Source of the DNA: Neocallimastix sp. 'constans'
Taxonomy: Eukaryota
Assembly (NCBI GenBank): GCA_050613775.1
Contig: JBODTK010000158.1
Location: 372,001 to 400,637 of the forward strand
Length of the DNA: 28,637 bases
Direction: 5' to 3'
Under the pieces are notes generated by a model. The model was not told where the DNA came from. It searched no databases and was given only the letters and a program-made list of their open reading frames with translations. Position 1 is the first letter of the stretch; every line of letters starts with the position of its first letter. Positions 19,586 to 28,637 of this stretch are shown here, in pieces. Made by a program: the position numbers and the translations under genes.

Positions 19586-19973
19586 TTATTTATTTAGATT
19601 ATACAATAATTTAAATTTATTATTTCTTCTTTAAAGAATAAAATAATAAACTTTTTTTTTTTTAAAATACATAATGAAATTTATATAAATTTGTTTATAT
19701 CTATATTATTTCTTGTTAACAAAATTTATATATATTATCTGAAAGTATTATATATATATATATATTTTATTCTTTTTTTTTTTTTTTTTTTTTTTTATCT
19801 ATATATCAAATACATATATATATAATTTTTATCATTAATATTATTTATTCATTTTTTTTTTTTTTTTATTGTTAATGAATTAATAATATTATTTTATTTA
19901 CTTCGAATAAACTTTTTGAAATCAATTCAAAAAATTCTTTTTTCGAATTTATTTTTCATTATAAATAACGAAT

Positions 19974-21416
19974 TTATTGGTAACACTTGAACTTAATACT
20001 ACACCATTCATCATTTTCAACACCCCATTTATCACCTTCTTCTTCAGTGTAAATGTTACAAGATTCACAACAGTTGTATAAACCGACATTTTTACAAGAT
20101 TCACCAGCAGAAGCATTATTTTCAACACCACAAGAATCAGAAATACCACACCATTCACCATTTTCAATACCCCATTTATGATCATCAGTGAAGTAAACTT
20201 CACAACTATACTTACAGCATGGGTAATCTGGTTCTGACCAACAGCTACCATCAGAGGAACCAGTGTTGCTACTACCAGAGTTACCACCAGAGCTACCATT
20301 ATCCTTAGTTCTTTCAACACCTTCTAATACGAGTTCACCATGATGTTTGTAGAATTCACCAATTTCAGAGTCCTTGAATTGAAGACCCTTACGATCGAAA
20401 TATTCACCATTATCCCAAAGCATTGGGCAAATACCTAAACTAGTAGCGTATTGAGCACAAGTGAATAAATATTTGTGAACACTTGCCTTGTCCTTGTTAG
20501 TTAAAACAGTAGCATATTCACCAATAATAACAGGAACACCATTATCAACAAAACGTTTCTTAAGTTTGTCGAAATTAGTAATAAGTTCATTAACATCGGC
20601 ATCAGTACCCCAAGTACCTTGGAATTTACCCCAATCTTCATCCTTTTCAAGAATAGTGAAAGTAGATGGAGTGTAGTAATGAACAGAAACCATCATACGG
20701 TTTTCAGAATCAGTTGGCATCTTGAATGCAGAATCGACAGTAAGATCAATATCAGTACAATAACCAGCAATAAGTAAATGTCTACTTTTGTTGTTACCAC
20801 CAGATTTACGAACAATATCAACAAATTGTTGATTAATGTTATTTAAAGTACTATAAGCCTTGTTCTTATCACCAGCATTACTGTAACGATTCCAGACATC
20901 ATTCCAACAACCTTCTTCATTTAAAGATTCAAAAATTAAATGTTCTCCATAATTTTTGAAGTAATCTGAAACTTGATTCCAAATTTTGACGAACTTTTGA
21001 TTAGCCATTGTGGATTCGTTAGTTCCGAATTTTTCAATCCATCCACCATCCCAGTGAATGTTAATAATAGCATACATATCATTTTCGATAACCCAACTAA
21101 CTACTTCATTAACTCTCTTTAATAATTCTTCACTAATAGTGTAATCAGAAGACATAAGATTACTCCATGAAACTGGTATACGAATACTATTGAAACCATT
21201 ATTTTTAATTGCATTAATTAATTCCTTAGTAGCAGCTGGATTTCCCCAAGCAGTTTCATAAGCATTAACATTATTACCATTAATCCAATCACCTGTAGCT
21301 TCTAAAGTATTACCTAAATTCCAACCAAGACCCATTTCTTTTATAACTTGTTGGGTAGTTAAAGCTAAAGCTGAACTAGCAGCAGATAATGTAAGTAAAA
21401 CGTTCTTTAATTGCAT
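19974..21416 (-). CDS. Secreted GH5 endoglucanase (likely subfamily GH5_4) with G/S linker and two C-terminal fungal dockerin (CBM10-like) domains; cellulosome component
   Basis: Signal peptide MQLKNVLLTLSAASSALA; GWNLGNTLE, IRIPVSW, INIHWDGGW, FESLNEE (acid/base), VSVHYYTP, VIIGEY (nucleophile), LWDNG; dockerins CWSEPDYPCC..WGIENGEWCGI and CKNVGLYNCC..WGVENDEWCSI (19977-20243); uninterrupted ORF. Confidence 0.95.
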   Translation of the reverse strand: MQLKNVLLTLSAASSALALTTQQVIKEMGLGWNLGNTLEATGDWINGNNVNAYETAWGNPAATKELINAIKNNGFNSIRIPVSWSNLMSSDYTISEELLKRVNEVVSWVIENDMYAIINIHWDGGWIEKFGTNESTMANQKFVKIWNQVSDYFKNYGEHLIFESLNEEGCWNDVWNRYSNAGDKNKAYSTLNNINQQFVDIVRKSGGNNKSRHLLIAGYCTDIDLTVDSAFKMPTDSENRMMVSVHYYTPSTFTILEKDEDWGKFQGTWGTDADVNELITNFDKLKKRFVDNGVPVIIGEYATVLTNKDKASVHKYLFTCAQYATSLGICPMLWDNGEYFDRKGLQFKDSEIGEFYKHHGELVLEGVERTKDNGSSGGNSGSSNTGSSDGSCWSEPDYPCCKYSCEVYFTDDHKWGIENGEWCGISDSCGVENNASAGESCKNVGLYNCCESCNIYTEEEGDKWGVENDEWCSIKFKCYQ

Positions 21417-22315
21417 CTTTATATATATATATTTTTTATTTATTTTTTTTTTATTTATATAATTTATGTCTTTATATTTTTTTATTGATTGTTCAAATTA
21501 ATATATAATTCTTATATTTTTGAATAATATGTTTGAATATTTCAAGTTTAAATTATCTATAAAAATATTTTATAATTATCAAAATCTAGTATATATAATT
21601 AAAATAAACAATCTGAACTGAATATTTTATTATAACATATTTACTAGAACTTTTTTTCTTTTTTTTTCAGGTAAATTTAGTTAATTTATATAGTTTATAT
21701 TATTAATTTAGAATAAAATAACAATTATGTATTTAATATATTATTAATTAAGGTTTAATGGTCAATATATTAAAAATAATATTATAATATTATTTAGATT
21801 TAATTGGAAAATTTTATCCTTTAAGTCTTTGAACTATAAAAGTATAAAAATAGAAACGGCATTAATAATAATAGAGAGATATATAAATTTTTTTTTCCAA
21901 ATATAAATATATATTAAAATAATATGTTATACGCTCTAATTCAGTCATTAATAAAGCTTAATAAACTAATAATATTAAACTTTTATCTTTTTAATTTATA
22001 ATAATTATGACTATCTCATATATATTATTATCATGATTTTCATTTAATTATACCTTTTATTAAAATATAAAATAATTTTCCATATGAATTACATTTTTAA
22101 TTTATCCTTAAATGTAAATTTATATATTTTTTTTTATTTAATAAATAATATAATGTATACCATTTTAATTGAATCGGAAAATGGTTTGTAAAAATTGTAA
22201 TTTAACGCCACTTCATATTAATTTTTTTACAATTTTAAATAAATAAATAATATATAATTTTTGTTAATATCAAATAACTAAATATTTTTATTTTTTAATA
22301 TTTCAGTAATACTTT

Positions 22316-22316
<1 letters not shown>

Positions 22317-22352
<36 letters not shown>

Positions 22353-22397
22353 AAATAAATAAATAAATAAATAAATAATAAATAAATAAATAAATAA
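22317..22397. repeat. (TAAA)n microsatellite
   Basis: Direct reading. Confidence 0.9.
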
Positions 22398-22554
22398 TTT
22401 TATAATTAAAAAATTGTAATTAATAATTATTAATATCAAAATTAATATTATATAGTAAACATGATAGAGTTATAATTTTATTAATTTCATCCTTCAAATT
22501 TTATTAATAGTAATGTTATTAAAAAACATATAGTCATATATAAAATATTAAAAT

Positions 22555-22706
<152 letters not shown>

Positions 22707-24217
22707 CTTCCGAACATAAATCGCATTTATTAAATTTAATTTATATATTTATTTAGTAAATAACCTGTTTTTTCAAATATACAAATGATTTTTTACAATG
22801 ATTTTTTATAAATATTTCAATATATAAATATATAAATAGCAATTATTAAGTTTATAATAATTTAAAAACTCATTGATTCCTATTGATTCAAATGATATAT
22901 AATTACTATGCAAATAATTAAATATTTTTATATAATCAATTATCTTTTTTTTTTTTAATTTTTTAATTCTTTTATATTTTAAATAAGTATTACGTATTCC
23001 GTCTTTTTAAAATACCAAATATATATAATGCTATGAAAATATTTTATATTTATTGTTATAAATATGTTATTATTATTTATTCATTTATTTATGTATTAAA
23101 ATTTTTAGCGCCACTTCATATTGAATTGAATAATGTATTTAATATTATATTATTAAAAGAATTACATAATTAGTTTAAATTTAATTTTGTTGCATATATA
23201 ATCATGAACTTTAAATATATTAAAAAAAATTAACTAAAAAATATATTATAAATAAAGTTTAATATTTGAATTTTATTATATATATAAATTACTTTTGATT
23301 GTCTATAATAATATTATTGATTATATAATATAATTGTAATTTAACTTTAATTTATATCAAAAATCAATAATATTTAAAAAAAGTTGATTTACATTACAAT
23401 ATCATTATTTATTATTAACAATAATAAATTAAATATATTTAAAGTATACAATATTTATTTTTTATCAGTAATTTTTCCAATTAATATAAGATTAATTTAA
23501 ATACAATTATATATAATATTTAAAATTTTGAAATTTTTTTTTTTTTTATAAAAAAAAAAAAAAAAAAAAAAAAAGTTAAGATAATTTAATAATTATAAAA
23601 TATTAAATAATTTGAAGTAAAGATCATATTAGTGTAATTTTTAATTAAGAAAAAAAAAAAATTAAATGACACTAATTATTATTATTATTTTCCAATTAAT
23701 ATAAAATAATTATTCGTATTATTCATTTCAATTCATTAGTCATAGAATCCATAAAATCCCTAATAATTTTATTACTGTTGTTTTTTGAATTTTTGGGAAA
23801 AATTCTATTTAATTATAATAATGATAAAATTATTATTATTATGGGAATGATACAAATTTAAATGATAGGAAGACTTAAATAGTTTAATTCTAACTATAAA
23901 AAAATATTCTTATAAAAATATAATTTTTTTATTTTTTATTTCAGTTATTAAAAATTATTAATAATGGACTAAATTGAATAAATTGATCGTTAGACTTATA
24001 AATATTTTTTTTATATTGTTTTATTTTATTCTTTATTTTTTATATTTAATAATTTCAATGCTGATATTGTTAGTATATACATAATGGTACACCACTTATA
24101 GAAAAGGTAGATGATTTAATCAAAAGATATCTATTTATTTTAGTTATAATATGCTTATTTGTTTAATTAATATTACAGAAAATAATTGAAGCTATATCAT
24201 TATTCACTAGGGAATAA

Positions 24218-24265
<48 letters not shown>

Positions 24266-24570
24266 AATAAAAAATAATAATATTAATATATTTTTAAATT
24301 TATGTGAGAATTTTTTATAATTAAAAACCTAATGAATTACATGAATCTTTTTTATGATATAAATTAATAATTGTGAGAATTAGTTATATAGTTAAATTAA
24401 CACAACTGTGAGAAATCAATTAATCATATTTATCATTATTATAATCATTATTATATATGAAACTTTTTAAAATATCCTTTATTATAATTATTTTTTTTCT
24501 GAATAAAGTGAAATATGTAATATAAATTATATAGAATTAAATAGGTTAGCAAAGGAAAAGTATAAAAAAG

Positions 24571-24601
<31 letters not shown>

Positions 24602-24825
24602 ACCATAATTAAATAAAAACTATTTTTTATTAAAAAATCTTGGTGTTTATTTTACTCTTAATTAAATTATATATATTTTATAAATATTTTATTTTTATTA
24701 TTGATGCTGTTATTTTATTTTTTGTCGTTTTAATTATATTTTATTTCTAGTATAAATTTAAATTTGAGGGAAAAAAAAAATTATTATTACATTAATTAAT
24801 AAGGTTACATAGTATTATCCTATAT

Positions 24826-24863
<38 letters not shown>

Positions 24864-24911
24864 ACAATTTTATTATTATTTCATTATTATTTTATCATTA
24901 ATTATAATTCT

Positions 24912-24959
<48 letters not shown>

Positions 24960-25454
24960 TTGTTCTTTGGGACATATTCCAAATAAATTAAGCTATTAAT
25001 TTTAAAAATTAGTCAGTTTAAATTTTATTTGATATTTATATATTAATACATAGTAAATACAATAAATTATTAATAAAAATTAATAAAAATATATTGTTAA
25101 TTATTTTTATTAACAATATATAATATAAAATTTAATGGTTTTATTAACAACTAAAAATACAATATTAACTACTAATAATCCTTATTCTTCTTCAAAATAA
25201 AAATAATCATTGCTTTAAGGTTAACTCTATTTTCCCCTAAAAAAATTTATTATTTTTTTAAATAAATGAAGATATGTTTTATAAAGTTAATGTTACACAA
25301 ATCACTGATTTATTGTAAATCAATTTATTTATTCATAATTTATCAGTTAAACTTTTATGAATAATTTTTTTTTTTTAATTTATTTAAAATGATTTTAATT
25401 ATTATAGTTTATATTTATTCAATATATAAATATTATTTTAATAAAATGTAATTA

Positions 25455-25865
25455 TAATAATAATAATAATAAATAATAAATAATAAATAATAAATAATAA
25501 ATAATAAATAATAAATAATAAATAATAAATAATAAATAATAAATAATAAATAATAAATAATAAATAAATAAATAAATAATAAATAATAAATAATAAATAA
25601 ATAATAAGTAATAAATAAATAATAAATAATAAATAAATAATAAATAATAAATAAATAATAAATAATAAATAAATAATAAATAATAAATAAATAATAAATA
25701 ATAAATAATAAATAATAAATAATAAATAATAAATAATAAATAATAAATAATAAATAATAAATAATAAATAATAAATAATAAATAAATAAATAAATAAATA
25801 ATAAATAATAAATAATAAATAAATAATAAGTAATAAATAAATAATAAATAATAAATAATAATAAT
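25455..25865. repeat. (AATAAAT)n / (TAAA)n mixed microsatellite
   Basis: Direct reading; explains ORF 25433-25915. Confidence 0.92.
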
Positions 25866-26242
25866 AGAAAGGTAAAAAAAGTCAGCTGATTTTTTTTTAA
25901 TCTTTGGTAAATCAAGTAATGATTAAAACCTTAAATATAATTCCTTGTTATTCATTAGTAGTGATCAAAAAAAAAAAAAAATTTTTTTTTTGTTTTTTTT
26001 AATTATGATAAATAATAAAAAGTCCATATTGAATAGAGAACTTAATTAGATAAGCAAACATTGAAATTAGTTAATCTTTTAAAAAAGATAACATAAATGT
26101 GTTATTGTGGGTGAAATCAGTGGAGAAAAGTATAAATCTCTAATTATATCTACAAAACATTTATAAATTTTATTTCATAATATAAATAAATATTTTACTT
26201 CCTTAAAATAATTTCACTTTTTTTTTTTTTTTTTTTTTTTTT

Positions 26243-28637
26243 TATTTTATTTTATTTTATTTTATTTTATTCAATCTGTACTTTACATTCATATTTCAAT
26301 CCTTTTTATTTTATTTTATCTTATTTTATTCAATCTGTACTTTATATTTAATATTCTACTATTTATTTTATTTTATTTTATTTTATTTTATTTTATTTTA
26401 TTTTATTTTATTTTATTTTATTTTATTTTATTTTATTTTATTTTATTTTATTTTATTTTATTTTATTTTATTTTATTTTATTTTATTTTATTTTATTTTA
26501 TTTTATTTTATTTTATTTTATTTTATTTTATTTTATTTTATTTTATTTTATTTTATTTTATTTTATTTTATTTTATTTTATTTTATTTTATTTTATTTTA
26601 TTTTATTTTATTTTATTTTATTTTATTTTATTTTATTTTATTCAATCTGTACTTTATATTTAATATTCTACTATTTATTTTATTTTATTTTATTTTATTT
26701 TATTTTATTTTATTTTATTTTATTTTATTTTATTTTATTTTATTTTATTTTATTTTATTTTATTTTATTTTATTTTATTTTATTTTATTTTATTTTATTT
26801 TATTTTATTCAATCTGTACTTTATATTTAATATTCTACTATTTATTTTATTTTATTTTATTTTATTTTATTTTATTTTATTTTATTTTATTCAATCTGTA
26901 CTTTATATTTAATATTCTACTATTTATTTTATTTTATTTTATTTTATTTTATTTTATTTTATTTTATTTTATTTTATTTTATTTTATTTTATTCAATCTG
27001 TACTTTATATTTAATATTCTACTATTTATTTTATTTTATTTTATTTTATTCAATCTGTACTTTATATTTAATATTCTACTATTTATTTTATTTTATTTTA
27101 TTTTATTTTATTTTATTTCATTTTATTTTATTCAATCTGTACTTTATATTTAATATTCTACTATTTATTTTATTTTATTTTATTTTATTCAATCTGTACT
27201 TTATATTTAATATTCTACTATTTATTTTATTTTATTTTATTTTATTTTATTTTATTTTATTTTATTTTATTTTATTTTATTTTATTTTATTTTATTTTAT
27301 TTTATTTTATTTTATTTTATTTTATTTTATTTTATTTTATTTTATTTTATTTTATTTTATTTTATTTTATTTTATTTTATTTTATTTTATTTTATTTTAT
27401 TTTATTTTATTTTATTTTATTTATTTTATTTTATTTTATTTTATTTTATTTTATTTTATTTTATTTTATTTTATTTTATTTTATTTTATTTTATTTTATT
27501 TTATTTTATTTTATTCAATCTGTACTTTATATTTAATATTCTACTATTTATTTTATTTTATTTTATTTTATTTTATTCAATCTGTACTTTATATTTAATA
27601 TTTTACTATTTATTTTATTTTATTTTATTTTATTTTATTTTATTCAATCTGTACTTTATATTTAATATTCTACTATTTATTTTATTTTATTTTATTTTAT
27701 TCAATCTGTACTTTATATTTAATATTTTACTATTTATTTTATTTTATTTTATTTTATTTTATTCAATCTGTACTTTATATTTAATATTCTACTATTTATT
27801 TTATTTTATTTCATTTTATTTTATTTTATTTTATTTTATTTTATTTTATTTTATTTTATTTTATTCAATCTGTACTTTATATTTAATATTCTACTATTTA
27901 TTTTATTTTATTTTATTTTATTTTATTTTATTTTATTTTATTTTATTTTATTTTATTTTATTTTATTTTATTTTATTTTATTCAATCTGTACTTTATATT
28001 TAATATTCTACTATTTATTTTATTTTATTTTATTTTATTTTATTCAATCTGTACTTTATATTTAATATTCTACTATTTATTTTATTTTATTTTATTTTAT
28101 TCAATCTGTACTTTATATTTAATATTCTACTATTTATTTTATTTTATTTTATTTTATTTTATTCAATCTGTACTTTATATTTAATATTCTACTATTTATT
28201 TTATTTTATTTTATTTTATTTTATTTTATTCAATCTGTAATTTATTTTATTTTATTTTATTTTATTTTATTCAATCTGTAATTTATTTTATTTTATTTTA
28301 TTTTATTTTATTCAATCTGTAATTTATTTTATTTTATTTTATTTTATTTTATTCAATCTGTACTTTATATTTAATATTCTACTATTTATTTTATTTTATT
28401 TTATTTTATTCAATCTGTACTTTATATTTAATATTCTACTATTTATTTTATTTTATTTTATTTTATTCAATCTGTACTTTATATTTAATATTCTACTATT
28501 TATTTTATTTTATTTTATTTTATTTTATTTTATTTTATTTTATTTTATTTTATTTTATTTTATTTTATTTTATTTTATTTTATTTTATTTATTTTATTTT
28601 ATTTTATTTTATTTTATTTTATTTTATTTTATTTTAT
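26243..28637. repeat. Composite satellite: ~33-bp unit TTCAATCTGTACTTTATATTTAATATTCTACTA separated by variable-length (TTTTA)n tracts
   Basis: About 25 CAATCTGTA cores counted by eye (1 divergent first copy, ~21 full, 3 truncated); array runs to the window end. Confidence 0.93.

Noticed and set aside
19949..20676. ORFs 19949-20320 and 20488-20676
   Set aside because: Alternate-frame/antisense shadows of the GH5 gene caused by codon bias.
23534..23574. Poly-T/poly-A hairpin
   Set aside because: Homopolymer runs are pervasive in this window, so juxtaposition is expected by chance.
25433..25915. 160-aa IIYYLLF-repeat ORF
   Set aside because: Translation of the (AATAAAT)n microsatellite.
26243..28637. 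CRISPR-like repeat/spacer periodicity
   Set aside because: Spacers are pure TTTTA runs of variable length, not unique sequences; no cas genes; eukaryotic context.
26243..28637. Telomere repeat
   Set aside because: No G-rich TTAGGG-type unit.

Overview
Extremely AT-rich eukaryotic DNA, most consistent with an anaerobic gut fungus (Neocallimastigomycota; inferred from an intronless GH5 cellulase with two fungal dockerin domains and from composition). The left ~17 kb is a stack of nested retroelements, all on the minus strand. (C) A Ty3/gypsy 5' half has gag, a -1 frameshift cassette (UUUAAAC plus H-type pseudoknot) into a pol ORF that runs off the window edge, an atypical DSC protease motif and a tRNA-Ala-like PBS. 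Next come non-LTR (LINE) fragments: an APE endonuclease ORF and an RT piece. (A) An intact, very young chromodomain Ty3/gypsy element (5892-12675) has 774-bp LTRs identical by eye, a GGTTT target duplication, TG...TA ends and a Tf1-like tRNA-independent self-priming signature. (B) An older chromovirus 3' end hosts A in its 3' UTR. A decayed Ty1/copia element with a possible half-tRNA-Lys PBS follows. The right part has one host gene (GH5 + 2 dockerins), an AT-rich upstream region with a few repeated GC-containing motifs, microsatellites, and a terminal composite satellite in which a conserved ~33-bp unit is spaced by variable (TTTTA)n tracts.
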